Shown piece after piece: positions 1-13,967 of a stretch of DNA of 64,000 bases (the first letter of the stretch is position 1; every line of letters starts with the position of its first letter). Made by a program: the position numbers and the translations under genes. The notes beneath the pieces were generated by a model. The model worked only from the letters and a program-made list of their open reading frames with translations. It was not told the DNA's origin and made no database searches. This stretch comes from Bilabrum cf. latius (taxonomy: Eukaryota), in contig OZ237736.1 of NCBI GenBank assembly GCA_965178125.1, forward strand, positions 682,001-746,000, read 5' to 3'.

Positions 1-310
1 TGCGATGATTGCATCCATGATGGTCTGTTGCCACTACTTGAAAGTGACCGACGATGGCACACAGCTGTAACTCGCCCTGATGCGAGCACAATAGTATCCT
101 AGGCCAACAATCGTCGACTCAATACTCCTGATAGACGATTAAGCTGGATGTAACACCTCTACATCACCCTGGCAGCTGTGCAAGAAGGAAAATATATTCC
201 GGTGCAACTGGATAATGTAAGGTGGGTTTTAAAGACGCACAAATCCGTATTATGTTGCAGAACACTGGCTGCTGTTCGCGCCCCATTTACCCGACATAAG
301 CCCATAAATC

Positions 311-2103
311 ATGCGCAGTGTGGTTCGAAGGAGTATCAAAACGCTTTCAAGGTCACTTAGTGCGGGTGTTCCTGCTGCAGTTCCCAGTAGGACGTGTGCT
401 GGACTCGCATCGGCAGTATCCCCGGCTGCTGACGGCAGCCATGTGCACGTGATGAAGTTTTCTGGGTCTCAGCTTGACGGTGCTATTGCTCTAAAGTAGA
501 TTGCAGATTCAATCAGGGAGGCAGAGGCTGGAGATGATAAGTAAGAAGTGCTTGGTTCGTGTATCGTTCCTGGCCATCCAGGACGGATATTTAATGGAAG
601 CCCTGCTGTGGTTTTTACAATCTTTTGCCTCTACATTTTTGGCGAAAATAAATAAGCGGGACTTTAATTTCCTCATGCAGTAATCAAGCATGCATAGATT
701 TCCCGTTTCGCAGGTTGGTGGTAGTTCTATCCGCTCTGGCAGGCGTTACGAACTCCCTGTACAAGATTTTGCAAGATTTTGACGCCGGTGCAAGCGTGGA
801 ATCGCTGAAAGATGATATTAGTGCGCTATTGTCTCTGCATGCCGGGACAGCAACGGATCTTTTGGGCCCTCAAGCTTCCCGACAGGTCATCGAGAACATC
901 GAACTGGCCCTTGAGCATCACCTGCTGGGCAGATTGCGCTACGCCCGGGAGCGCGAGGGACCGTTGGTACCGTTAGACCGAGACATTATTTGCTCATTAG
1001 GAGAAAGATTCTCTGCCTACATTTTGACGGAATATTTGAGTGAGCACGGCCTGCAGGACCGTGCTGCGCTGGTGCCAGCCGAGCAAGTGATCGTGACCGA
1101 TGGGAAGCCGGGGGCTAGCATGCCCCTCATGGCGGAGACATAGAGCAAGGCAAGGGCGGTTCTAGCACCCATGCTGGCCCAGGGCACGGTTCCGATCGTC
1201 CCTGGATTCTACGGCGGCTCCATTTAGGACGGGGCAGCGACAACGCTTGGTCGCAAGGGCGGTGATCTGTCTGCTGCCATGCTGGGGTACGCTCTCGATG
1301 CGGAGGGGGTAGACTTGTATCACCTGGAGCAGGATCCGTCCAAGGCAACTTTTACGCAGGCGAACCACAGCTTCAGTGACCAGAGGGAGCACGGAGCAAG
1401 TGCTCCGGGGCGAGCAGGCGACCCTGCTCGCTCTGGAGCAGGTGCCTCAGAATGGCGCGCAGACCACAACGGCAGCCACTCAGACGTGGTCGAAAACCTC
1501 ACGTACGAAGCCGCCGAGGAGCTGTGTGCCCTGGGCCAGGACGCCGTGCACAGGGGCTCGGTGGGTCCTCTGCGTCGCAAGGGAATCCCCTTCACGGTGG
1601 CCTCGAGCCTGGGCGCAGAGGACGAAGACACCACCACCATCCAGTCGGAAGTGGATTTGTACGGGAACGAGGGAGCTGTGGGAGGGGAGGCCCCCGCCCA
1701 TGCCGCTGGTGGGGCGGGCCAGGGGTGGGCCGTGGAGGACCGTGTCTCCGCGGTGCATTCCATTGCAGTGCCTGAGTTTGAGCGGAGGTCGAATCGCCCC
1801 CTGGCCATGGACTGGGAGCAGCTGCCCCCCGAGCTGGAGAGGGACGCCTCCACGATCGTCCCCCTCGTGGGGTCATCCCTGATGCGGGACCAGAAGAGGC
1901 TCCGGAAGCTCACTTCGAGGGCGCTTCAGGAGGCCGGGGTGAAGTTTGCTGTTCCCTAGCGCGTGACCGGCTCCGAGCACAGCTTCTCCGTGGTGGTTCC
2001 CAAGGGGCAGGAAGGGAGCGCTGTGGCGGCGCTGCAGGACACATTCCTGAATGCCTCGGAGGACAGCTCGGGGACCGAGGGCGGAAGGAAGGGAAGGAGC
2101 TGA
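311..2103 (+). CDS. Host aspartate kinase-like protein (divergent), one intron 541-713, in-frame TAGs read as sense
   Basis: Exon 1 VMKFSGSQL joins in frame across a GTAAG...CGCAG intron to KLVVVLSALAGVTNSL; also SLGERFSA, PGFYG..TTLGRKGGDLSAA, LTYEAAEEL and an ACT-like C-terminus. In-frame TAG at 497, 1141, 1225, 1957; ends TGA 2101-2103. Confidence 0.75.
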
Positions 2104-2394
2104 AGGGCATGGGGACTTGGTGTAGCTGCTTGGGTGGGGGGGGTGGGTTGCGTGTGCCTGGCATGTTGAGATCTGATGCTATCCCACAAGCAAGCCGGCC
2201 TGGTCGAGGCGGGCATTACGATTAGAACTGTCTACGCACTTGGCCGTGCGGCACTGTAGCTGCATGTTCGCTGATGCATAAGCAGAATCTCCACTTTCAC
2301 TACGCGCGGCGCCGGTGCAAACCTTGAGGTTCCGTTTGCATCAGCCTCCCGCCATCAGCTGCTCTCAATCCACCTCGGAATCCGTCCTGTCTGC

Positions 2395-5277
2395 ATGCGC
2401 CCCAAGCGAGAGAGTATGCTTAAATCTCTGCGATTTGATAACAGGCAGGTCAGGCTGCTTCCTATTGACCCAGAAACTTCGAACTTCGTGCGAGATCCTG
2501 TGAAGGACTCCATCTTCTCTCTTGTAGAGCCCAAGCCCGTGCGTAATCCGCGCCCCGTTGTTTGGTCCAAGGATGCATTGGCTCTTTTGGGTCTAGCTGA
2601 CGAGGATTGGCTTGAATCTGAAGACGAGGAGACGGTGGCGTACCTGGTGGGAAACGCCGCAATCCCGGGCACGCGCCCTGCTGCCCATTGCTACTGCGGA
2701 TACCAGTTCGGAAGTTTTGCCGGCCAGCTGGGGGACGGCGCAACTATGTATCTCGGGGAGGTAGTCACTGAAAGTGGGGATCGATGGGAGCTGCAATTCA
2801 AGGGCGCAGGTCCGACCCCCTACTCGAGAAGAGCGGACGGCCGAAAGGTCCTCCGCTCCAGCCTGCGTGAATTTCTCTGCAGTGAGGCAATGGATGCACT
2901 TGGAATTCCAACCACGAGAGCTGGAAGCACCGTCACGTCCGATAGTCTCGTCGAACGCGACGTTTTTTACACGGGTGATGTGATCCATGAGAGGTGCACC
3001 GTAATCACCAGGATTGCCAAGAGCTTCTTACGGTTCGGATCGTTCGAGATATTCAAGGGACAGGATAGTAAGACTGGTCGCGCAGGACCCTCAGCGGGCA
3101 ACCAGGCGCTCTTGTTCCGCCTCGTGGACTATGTCTGCCGATTCCTGTATGCCGACATCCACGCAAAGTACATTCGTGGTGACTCCGGAGACTCCGCAAA
3201 TGGTGCAAAAGCCCTATCCAGTTCATCGTTGAGCGAGAAACATGGGGAATCCTCCAGCTCGAGTGGTGCCACCTCTCAGGCGCTGAAATCGTCCGATGCC
3301 GCCGGTGACGTCAAGCAGGCCAGCGCAGGCAGCAGCACGAAGACAACAGAAGCTGCTGCATGGAACCCGCAGGCAGAATGGGCCGAGGAAGAGGGACACG
3401 GAGACTATGCCCCCCCTGGCACGGAGCCCGGCGCGGCAAGAGTGCTGGAGGTCTACGAGGAGATTTGCAGGAGGACGGCGAGGCTCGTGGCCGGCTGGCA
3501 GCTGGTCGGGTGGTGCCACGGCGTGCTGAACACGGATAACATGAGCATTCTGGGCCTGACCATCGACTACGGTCCCTTCGGGTTCATGGATCGCTTCGAC
3601 CGGGAGTACATCTGCAATCACTCGGACGACACGGGGCGGTATGCCTTCGAGAACCAGCCGCCCATCTGCCGGTGGAACCTGGAGCAACTCGGAATCGCCT
3701 GGGAGCCGGCCATGCCGGGGGCCTACTGGAAGGGCAAGCTGGCCACGGGGTTCGACGAGGAGTTCGGCAGGGCGTACCGGGACGGGTCGGCTGCCAAGCT
3801 GGGCATGCTGGCCCTGTGCGGGGGCTCAGGGAACAAGACATCGGTGGCTCTGTATGAGAGCCTGCTGGACACCATGCAGGCCACGGGGGCGGACTTCACC
3901 AACACCTTCCAGGCCCTTGCAGCCATCCGGCTCAGCAAGCGGAGCGAGCTGCCTGCAGGGGTGGCCTCCCTGGCCCGAGGCAGCGGCTCAGCAGCGGGTA
4001 AAGTGGGGGGCGCTGGAGAGGGATCCAAGGCCGAAGAAGGGGAAGAAGACGGAAAGAAAAGTGACGCAGCAGGGGCTGGGGCTGGGGCTGGGCCGAGCAT
4101 GGGCTCGGAGCTAGCGTCGGCTGCGCTGCTCGGGTGCACTGCTGTCAGCGATGGATGGGAGCTGCTCCGGCGGCAGCTGTGCACTGCCAGCGAGCTGGCT
4201 GACGCAGCAAAGCCGAAGATGCCCAAGGAGCAGCTGCAGTTCTTCCTTATGCTGCTGAAGATGCAGGACCCGAGGGTGCTTGGGGCCCGATCCATGGTCA
4301 TCGCCGAAGCGAAGCGATGGCAGCAGTATGAGAAGCTGCAGGGGGTCTCAGAGGAGGCCAAGGCGGCGAGCGACAGGACACTGTGGGCCAAGTGGATCGC
4401 CAGGTACCTCGAGATCATGCACTCGCTCGCGGTTGCAACCGCGGGCGAGGTTGCAACCGGTTCGGGGGGCGGGGCCAAGGAGCCCGAGTGGGAGGCCCTG
4501 CGTGCGGCCAGGCAGGCTGAGATGGAGCGGGCCAACCCCAAGTACATCCTGAGGAACTACATCGCGCAGGCAGCGGTGCATTGCGCGGAAAGAGGCGATT
4601 TCTCCGAAGCCAGGAGGGTGCTGGCACGGGTGCGAGACCCGTTTGGTCTGAAGGACGGGCAGGAGGGGGCCGCACCTGTTGGGTTCGGCGCCGCCGCCGT
4701 TGAAGAGCAGAGGCGAGGCATGCTGGGTGGTGCTTCCTAGGGCGTGCTGGCTGGGACAGGGACAGGGGCGGAGAACAAATCGCATGCATTGAATGAAGGA
4801 GAGGCCGACGGTGCGCCTGCATCCTCCTCGGCGGAAGCAGGTAGCGGCAGTGGGGCCAGCGGCGAAGCGGAAGGAGCTGGCAGTGGCGGGAGCACAGCCA
4901 AGAGGGCGGCCCCAGGGTCGAAAGGGGGCGCGGGAGCATCGCCCGTGCGGCCTGGCGACAGCAAGCGGGCCCGAGTGGGAGAGGCGGGGAATAGCGGTGG
5001 CTTAGGGAACAAAGAGGCGGGGAACAAGGAGGTGTCCTCGGCGGCGTCCTGCCCCGCCGATGCGGACGGCGCGTCTGTCGGCGGCAGCATGCCGGCCAGC
5101 GGAGCAGGGGCAGGAACAGAAATAGGAGCCGGAACAGGAGCAGGGGTCGGCGCATCGTCCACTGAGGTGGACCTGTCAAAATGGAAGGTGCCGGTTGAGG
5201 GCGAGAGGGTTGCCCTCACATACGACTGCAGGCCACCAGGCTGGGCCTGCAAGCTCAAGGTGAGCTGCTCCAGCTAA
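2395..5277 (+). CDS. SELO: Host selenoprotein O / SelO-family AMPylase (Cys-type C-terminus)
   Basis: YCGYQFGSFAGQLGDG, ELQFKGAGPTPYSRRADGRKVLRSSLREFLCSEAM, HGVLNTDNMSILGLTIDYGPFGF, NPKYILRNY. Reading through TAG 4738-4740 reaches the family C-terminus PPGWACKLKVSCSS-TAA. Start uncertain (2395 or 2416). Confidence 0.9.
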
Positions 5278-5424
5278 ATCCATGGGAATCGGTGACCGTC
5301 GCGCAAATTCGTAGCACGTGCGAGAGTGTGGGTTTAATTAGTCCTTTTGAATAGCATTGCCAGTCGCTGCTAGCATAAACACTGCCCGGCGTTGATTGTA
5401 ATTTACGGATCAATACTTCAGTAA

Positions 5425-6147
5425 TCAATTCTCAGGTATCAAAGAGGCGTAGCACAGACCCGTTGAAACGCAGGCGTGCTCATAAGCCTTCCTATCTTGC
5501 TGGCCGGAAGCCCCCTTCTTGCCCACTTGAACGCCTTCCTCCTCCAGCCCCATGCCGATTCGCAGGTATTCCGCAAGAGTTGCGTCCCAGTGCATCACTT
5601 GCCCGCAGGGCTCCTAAAACACAGGAGCTTCTCCCTATAGATAGTTGCAGGATGTTCGGATCTGGTAAATGATGTCTCGAACCGACACTCCTCCATCTTC
5701 AGGGTTCAGCCGGCCCTGCACCTGCTGCATGACTGCCAAACAGCCGTAGCAGACTTCACTGTCAGTCCACGTCGGAGGAAGCCTGCGGCGCGCTTCGATT
5801 TCATCCAGGAGTTTCTGTCCACCAGACTTCAAGTTTTCTGCCCTCTCTGCCAAACTGGACTACGGACTATCTGCGACGCGGGAGCTCTGGGTGCCTCGCA
5901 CGCTACCCTACACCCGCGAATCGCTCTAAAGCAGCGACTAATGACCAATATTTAAAATTTTTGATGCTCCATTGCTTGCCTACACTGTTTCTTGTTGGCG
6001 ATGAGAGTTCGTGCGGATAGCGTCGTGCATCAGCGAGCCTTCGAAGCTAGCCCAGTCAGACGACGAACGACGCCGCTAGCGTAGTGCCGCTGTAGGCCAA
6101 GATAGAAACAAAAATAGCGATGCGAGCAGGTGCATACACCTTCCCAT
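5425..6147 (-). CDS. Host putative secreted saposin-B-like protein (probable intron ~5872-5982)
   Basis: With TAG read-through, ORF 5635-5853 extends to TGA at 5425 and gives six-Cys saposin-like spacing (VCYGC...SC...EPC...AC-x4-LC). An upstream exon MGRCMHLLASLFLFLSWPTAA looks like a signal peptide. Exon structure inferred. Confidence 0.45.
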
Positions 6148-6342
6148 GCTGGGCTTGGACGTGCGAATTGCGGCTGCGCTGGCTCCTGAGAGAAACGGTT
6201 GCAACATCTTTTTGGACCACCCCCCCTTTGAGGCCACCGTGACGGGGGAAATCACTTGACAATTTGGGGGAAGCTGCGGCCACCAGTGCAGTCCCGGGTA
6301 CAGCACCGAGAACGTTTCGAAAGAGACAGGTCTGATATCACA

Positions 6343-9300
6343 ATGGCAGGCTCTGGGCCACCCGGGTCCAATGGAATGCCAGGTGTGGTACCTGCCGTCG
6401 TGCAGGCTCTTGCCAAGCTGCAATCGCATGGTAAGTAGCCAAGTGCGCTTCGCGGGTGTACACAACTTTGCACATTGACGCGGCCAGTAGTTCCTTCACG
6501 GATATTTGATTTTTTGCTTGCATAGATCATGTATCACACGTAGTCGTGCAGCGATGTCTTCCGTCTTTGTTGTCTTTGCTTTTTCTACTGCCACGCAGAG
6601 GATGCGGATCGAGCTAGCGGGGAATAGTAGCTCAACCAAATGCGAGAAGCAGACTACGTGAGGTTGTAAAACATACAACTGAATGCACATCGCGAGCCTG
6701 GATGTCACGGAGTCTTCTGTGTGAGGACATGAGTGATCCAACAGCCGTCTACTTGAAAATTCGGGTACCGCAGAAAAGGCTGTTTCCCATGGTCTCTACC
6801 ATTGTCGCCGACGAACGGCAAGTGCCAGACGCAAGGATTGCAGGTTCTATCTGGCTCAAGAATGTGCTGGATCAAAAGGTATGATTCCGCTAGCTCGTGA
6901 CAATCAGAATCGACTGCAAACGGACGGCAGGGTATGCACGCCTCCTGAACATTCCCCCCCTATGCTTGCAGACGGATGCGGCACAGGCTGCAGTTGACGA
7001 CAAGTGGATGGCAATTGCAGCCCCTGTGCGCGATGCGATGAAGAAGCAGCTGATCGGAACTCTGCTCAACACGAACCCCCAGCTCCGCCGACTGGTAGCT
7101 CTTACAATTTCGGCTGTCGGTAGCATCGAGATCCCCCGCGACGAATGGAAAGATTTGCTCAAAGGTCTTGTTTCGAAAGTCTCTGACGAGAAGTCTGATT
7201 CGTTGACAAAGCAGGAGTGCCTGAACTGCCTTGGGTACACGTGCGAGAAGTTGGATCAGCGAGCTATGGACCAGGAAATGATCGATGGGATCCTGAAGTG
7301 CGTGATCCAGACACTGCAGAACAAGGCAAACGACCAAGCAACGGTATAGTGAGTTGATGGAGGAGCGGTGTCGCGCCGCTGCGCTGCGCACATTCACGGC
7401 CGAGCTCCTAGAGCAGCTGCTCGACGCCTCACTTCTTCTCGCGCCTCCCCCACAACTGCTCGCTAAATTGCCTTCTCGGATTCACACCGCAGCACTGCCA
7501 TGAAAACGCTCAACACAATGCTGGAGTTCGTAGAGGAGAATTTTACGGATGCTCGCAAGATGCAGAGAGACGCGATCGTGGGCACCGTGTGCGATGTGAC
7601 CGAGCATGAGAACGACGACGTGAAGATCGAGGCGTTCGAGTGCATTGCCAACATGGGAGCCATGTACTACGCCAACATGACGAGTTACATCGTTCGAATC
7701 TTTACAATCACCGACAAGGCAGTCGCAGATTCCCTCGCGGACAAGGTCGACGAGCGGGTGGGGCGCCTCGCTCTCGAATTCTGGGCGCAGGTGATGAACA
7801 CCGAAGCCAAAATCCGGGCCGAGGAAGTGGATGAAGAGTCCCGCGGCGTCACGGAGCGCGGCGTACCCAAGCTGCTTCCCCTCTTCTTCAAGTGCCTCAG
7901 CGCGAGAGACAAGGACGAGGAGGTCAGGGCACAGGCTGGAGAGAACATGGACTCTACCCTGGCCATCATGGGGGGCGCGTGCATGCGCCACCTGTGCCTC
8001 GCGCTGGGCCCGCAGTGCGTGAAGAGCGTCATGCCCGTGGCAGAGAAGCACTTCAACTCGCCTGACTGGAGGCTGAGGGATGCCGCTATCCTGTGCCTAG
8101 GCAACGTGTTCGAGGCCAACCTGGCAGAGCCCGCCGCCCTGGCCGACAAGATCCAGGCCGCGTTCACCGCGCTCATGCACAAGCTGCTCAAGGGAGAGCG
8201 CAGGGAGCAGGACCCCCGCGTGCGGAACACGACTGCGTGGTCTGTCGCGTTCGTGCTGCAGGGGTACTTGCCCATGATCAAGCCCGCTCAGTTCGAACCG
8301 ACCGTCAACTGCCTGCTGGACTGCCTCGCGGATCCCAGCCCTGACGTCGCCCAGTTCTCTTCGTATGCCTTCACGTGCCTTGCAAAGGCCAGCAGCGATC
8401 TCACCGAGAAGAACAGGCTCCCTGAGAACCCCTTCGACAAGTTCATACCGCAGGCCCTTCAGCGGCTCTTCACCGCCTACAACAGGGCGGATGGTCACCC
8501 TTCTCACCTCAAGCACGACGCCCACCTGGCCATGGAAGCTGTGGTGAAGAAGACCCCCGAAAAGCACACTTCAACGCTCGAGACCATGCTAGACAACGTG
8601 CTGAAGAACGTCGAGACTGTGGGAGGGAGGGTCGCCGCCTCCCAATAGGAAAAGGGCAACAAGGACGAGGTGCTGGCTCAGCTGCTGCAGCTCACTTCGT
8701 GCCTCTTCGAGCGCATGGGACCGGCTGCCAGCCGCTTCGCGGCTAGGGCAATCACAGACGCGTCGAGGGCGTACACGACTGGCTTGCCCCAGACGATTGA
8801 GGACTCGTTCGTGGTGATGCAGGCCGCACTCCCGCAGCTGCCAGAGGACAAGCAGGGGCAGGCGCTGGAGAGCATCTGGACCTGCCTGGGCGAGGTTCTC
8901 AACCAGAAATAGACCAATCCCGTGCTCTTCCAGCGGGCCGTGGTCAGCGTCACGTTTGTGTCGGAGCTGCTGTCCCACGTGTCGCCGGACAAGCTGGCAA
9001 TACTTTTGAGGTCACTGATCGCTGGGCTTCGCAACCCTGAGGTCACGCTGGAGAACAAGAGCCAGGTCCTGAGCAGCATCGCTGACGTGCTCATCTACAT
9101 GGGCACGGCCCCGCCCGTCGCCGCCGTTGACAATGTTTTCCAGGCGCTCGCGGAGTGCCACACGATTGCGATCGACGAAGAGGACGAGGACGAGGTGAGT
9201 GAGCTGGACGCCGTGTTCGAGGCCGTGGCCTACACGTACACGACCATCGCGCAGATTGCAGCAGACGAGGGCGGCGAGAAGTACCACGAGCTGATTGGTA

Positions 9301-9617
9301 GAAACATGAAGCCTGTGTCTGACTTCTTCGCCCGCATTGCGCTGCAGCAGAAGAACCGCGAGGCGCCAAACAGATCTGGAGAGCTGCTCAAGAACATCGC
9401 CGGCGCGATCGGGGACTTTGCCATGACGTTCGGCTTGGCCAGGGTCAGCAACTTTTTCCGGTTGCCGCTCGACTGGGTTCGCTTCGTCCTTGACAACGCA
9501 GATGCCTACGAGAAGGAGGACTGGCCCCGAGACTCGTCGAACCGTCCCATCCCTCCCATGGTGGAAGGCACCCCGAAGGAGACTGCGGCCGACTTTGCGC
9601 GACGGATGCTGCACTGA
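6343..9617 (+). CDS. KPNB1: Host importin beta-1 (karyopherin beta), about 4 introns in the 5' part
   Basis: GE(TAG)(TAG)LNQ at 6625-6630, IWLKNVL, WKDLL, CLGYTCE, LEFVEENF, ALEFWAQV, DWRLRDAAILCLG, VRNTTAWSV, GAIGDFA. Introns start at ~6431, 6658, 6879, 7349. Last exon 7493-9617 has TAG at 8646 and 8910 and ends TGA. Confidence 0.85.
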
Positions 9618-9821
9618 GTGCCCCATTGTTTGCTAACGAGCAAAATTGTGCACTATTGACAGAGTCTGAATGTTCAATCAATTCACTTCTATCCAGGATC
9701 AAGCAGCGTGGCACCTCGTCCACTTATACCCCGAACCCGGCCGGACTGGCTCCGATCCGATCGGCTGATTCAAGAAGGACAGCAGGGCCTTCTCTTTTCG
9801 CATCACGCCACTAAACCACCA

Positions 9822-12800
9822 TTAAATCCTTGGACGTTTTCCGTCTGGCTGCATGGCAACTGCAGCACCGTCCCGGCCGCGCTTTCCTCCGACAGTTGCC
9901 TCCTGATCCGGGTCGTTGCGAGCTCCTTCGCCGCCGGTTGCGCCAGCCGAGTCTCCGGCACTACCACGACTGCCCGCTGACTGCGAGCCCGTAGCAGAGC
10001 CCCGTTGCTCCTGCGGCACGAAGGCCAGGCTGCTCAGTGCGGCCGCTGCCTCCGACTCTGACTGCTGGTCAGCCCCGGAAATAGGCCCTGTCGGCGTGGA
10101 CACGGATGTTGCGGAGTGTGCCGCGAACGCACTGGACGCACCTGCTTGTGCCCAAGCGACGCTCTGTCCCCATGGGTGCGGATAGGCCTGCCCTAGCGGC
10201 GTTTGACCTTGGTAGGCCTACTGAAAGTGGTTATAGTACTGGTACACTGAGGGTGAGAACGGCAGCGTTGGCATGGCTTGCCCGTACGCTTGGCCGGCCT
10301 GCACAGAGCCCCCGTTGAAAGGCCCACTGGCACCCCCCTGGAAGCCTACAGAAGCAGAAAGCCCCATACCGTAGGGAAGTGGCACCCCGTAAGGCAAGCC
10401 GGCGCCGTTCGGATACAGTGGCACGCCAGACGGTCGGCCAGCGCTTGGCCGACCCTTTCGCTGCACCGGCACCGGCACCAGCACCATCTCTGTGTAGGTT
10501 TCTTCTTCGTCGTCAGTCGAGGCCTCCTTAAGTGCGCTTCCGCTGACCCCACCCTAATTAAACATCGCGCTCACCCCTGGAAACGTGCCTTGCCCAGCCG
10601 AGAGCGGTAACTGAGATGAGGTGACTGCGATGCTGCCTGCGCTCGACTCGATCCCTGCTGTCGCGCTCCCTGGGTGCGCGGGTGAGCTGATGAGGGTGCT
10701 CTCGACTACCTCGACCTGGCCGATGTGCGAGGAAATAGCGCCTTGCTAGGTGCTCGAGCTCGAGCTCGTGGTTGTGGAGGGGGCAGTCTCTTGCCCAGCG
10801 TCAGCGGTGCCAGAGTCGCCCGAGGAGGAAGAGGGGCCACCTTCGCCGACACTGCCTGGAGTTGTGAGTCCTGAGGCCTGGGAGTCTTCCAGACTGCTGG
10901 TGGACACAGATGAGGTGGAGCGGTTGGGCAGGCCGATCTTTGCCAAGGAACTCGCAGGCAGCCCGGTCGTTGACGAGCTAGCTGCCCCAACTAAGGCGGT
11001 GCTCGACGAGGCACTATTTAGTGGCGCTTGCGCCGGGAATTTGCTGCTGGCTGCTGCCTTTTCACCGAATGTTATGCTGGCTTGCACTAGTTCCGGGGCG
11101 TCTTCTTGGGAGTCTGGGCTGCCTCGCCGTGCAAGCGACCCCGCGTGGTCTACACCTGCGCCCGCCTCCGCAGATGCTTCTTCTTCGGTCAGCTGAGGCA
11201 TGGATACCACGGCGTTCGACTGGCTATCACCTGCCCCCCCCTGCTTCTGATTGTGATGCCCAGGGGCAGTACTGACCTGTACATGACCGGATGACCAAGT
11301 CCCAGGCATGCTTGGAGGCAGTTGTTGGCTGCGGCTGGCACTTGATCTGGCAGAGTCCGTGCGATTTCCAGTCAGCGGCATTGGTGAACCTGAGCTTTCC
11401 GCACGGACAAGGCTCGCTGTCCCGTCCAAGCTAGCTGCTCCATCCACGCTTGCCGAACCAAAAGCGCTGTCTCTGCCCATCGATTGAAATGCATCGGGCC
11501 GAGAGGAAGGGGTATCTCGTGAAGGGCTAGAGCTAGCCGTTTGCTGGCTGGTCACCTCGCTCAGAACCATGAGAGCGCTATTAGGACCGTTGAAGTCTGC
11601 CTGCTGCCTCCGCTGCGCGTGCTGGGGGGGCACATCCCCGCCGATACTTCCAGCTCTCCACGCGTCGCTGCTAGGCTGGCCTCCAGCACCCGAACCTGCA
11701 CCGGCCGCCGCTGCTGCCGCCAGGGCGATAGAACTACTTGAAGCACTGGGTTCGGAGCCGAAAGCGGACAAGGCATGCCTCCCACCGAACATCCCAAGAG
11801 AAGCTGGAGCGGTGCCTATGGTGCTGCCCTTGCTTGCCCATGCAGACGCACCCGAGCTGCTACTTGAGGCGGCGGATGAGAATGTCAACTGGCTGCCTGG
11901 TGCTGGTGCATTGCTATGGGACAGGCTGAGGCCTGCGCCAATCCATTCACGCGGCGCATCCCATGGCCTGGCCCCCTGTTGCTGCAGCTGCGAGTGCGCC
12001 CCAGATGAGGCAAGCAAGGCCATCCTACGGGCAGCCTGCCTGCCCCCTTGTCCCTGGCCTGCCGCCGCTGGAAGCATGGAACTGGGACCTCCTCGGCGCT
12101 GCGGACCTGCATTGCTGCTCGTGGTACCATACCGCCCGCCCACTGCTTCGGACCCGCCCTCATCTTCATCTTCGGCCAGGTCCATCGAGCTGGGCTGGAG
12201 GTCACCCCGGTGGCCAAGGCCGGCGAGGAGGGCGGTGGCGGCCGAGACGTCCTAGGGGTCGGTCCCATGGGCTCCGGTTGTACTGCTGCTAGAGGAATCC
12301 TCATTTCTGTGCAGACTGGGGTTCGGGCGGGGGCGCGGGCGTGGTTGGCCCAGCCTGGGCCTCGCGGTGCTGCTGTTAGTGATGGGTACAGTGGACCCGT
12401 CCATCACGGAGGCAGGCATGCGGAGGTTCGCGACGTGCTTGATAAGGTAAGGAGCAGCAGCCCCTAGCATGAACTCAAGCCGCTTCACGATGTTGGGCTT
12501 TGACCGCTCGCTCGCAAGGGGCGCGTCGCTGTTGCTCACCGGATCTTCCAGCAAAATCGGGGGCATGCCCGCTGGGTCGCCTGCCAAGATCGCTTCGCCT
12601 AGCCACTTGCAAAATTGGTTCTAAGTACTTCCAAGCTGACTTGTGACGTACTTGGAAATCGGAGGGAACCACGGTTTGCCCTTTGACTTGCTGCGAATGA
12701 GGCTTTTCTAAGCCTGCTCCACTGCCTTCTTGACACAGGCCGTCTCATCCTCAATCTAGGCTGGAGTAGGACCTCCTCGAGGCTTTTGGGCCTATTCGAC

Positions 12801-13019
12801 GTACCCTGCATGTCCTCTTGCAATGAAACGCATGCGGTCGACGTATCCCTGGCCTTTGCCGCCCGAGTTGTAAATGGCTCCGAGCCACTCCTGCACATGC
12901 GGGATTCTCTATTCCCTAGAGAACCGACGGCTACGCCCCTTGGAAGCATGGGATATTCCATCAGCAGGCGGTGCCTTCTTGGCACGAGGCCTAGTATTCC
13001 CTTCATAGACAGAAGACAT
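9822..13019 (-). CDS. Host tandem-family protein, paralogue A (unrecognised N-terminal domain plus long low-complexity tail, ~1065 aa)
   Basis: ORF fragments 9822, 10218, 10746 and 12252 share one frame separated only by TAG; ends TAA. N-terminal HVQEWL..GKGQGYVDRMRFIA..KGKPWFPP..NQFCKWLGEAILAGDPAGMPPILL. Confidence 0.7.
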
Positions 13020-13967
13020 GTGACTGCGACCGCTCGTTGGTTGAAGTGCAAACCAAATAAAGAGATAGGACATCTCACCAAGAAAAGCAGGCCAATGACT
13101 TAGTAATTTGGGTATTCAACCACTTGGTTGCATGCATGATATCAAATGTCGGGGGTTCGAAGTGGGTGACCAGGCAAATACTGCGACGTGGGCCGCGCCC
13201 TTTTTGTAGTGCAAGGACCCTCAAGTTGCTCACATGATGCTTGTCCGATCAAATGTTTTTGGGGCAAGTAATCATTCTTCAATGTCGCCGTAAGTTCGTT
13301 TGATGCGCAAATGCAGAGTGTTGATGGCCTTGTACCCTTTGTCCAATGACAAAGGCAGGGGCTTATATCGGATCTGGTTGCGAGTACTTTGATGAGAGCG
13401 GTGACCGAAGCTGTTGCTGTGCGGAAAAACCGTGATTACGAGAGGTCATCAATTACAAGACGTCGTTCAGCGCACGCTGAGACACCCCCTGCCCTCAGCA
13501 GCAGGATTATCTGCCCCTGCCAGTGGCAGTGCAGTTCCTGTGCAGATTGCAGCGAGCGAGCTTCGCCAACACGGCGGTGGCCCCACTAGCAGGCGTCGGT
13601 GCACTGCCGGGTGCAGCCTTGCACACACACCAGGAACGCGCCTCTGAGGAGTCCCCATACGCGTACCAAACATTCGGGCCAACCACAGTAGTTTGCCAGG
13701 GGTATCACCCCTGGTACTGTATGGTCTCACCAAGCCTTAGAACCCGCCACACTCATTGAGGGCTTGCCTGGATCGAGCGAGTTGCGGCATTGCCATCCTG
13801 GCACTGGGCCACCCCGCCGCTTCGAAAGAGGAGTTTATAGCGCCGCGCCACTCCTTCGAATTCGACGCCCTCATCACCAGAATGACGCTGCAGCAGCAAG
13901 AAATGTTTTCGCTCACGTGGGAGGACGGCCAAATCGAAGGTTCGATTGAGGTTCTGTATTGGACCAG

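Noticed and set aside
5260-5277. Selenocysteine (TGA) recoding in SelO
   Set aside because: The terminal motif is encoded TGC TCC AGC TAA (Cys-Ser-Ser-stop).
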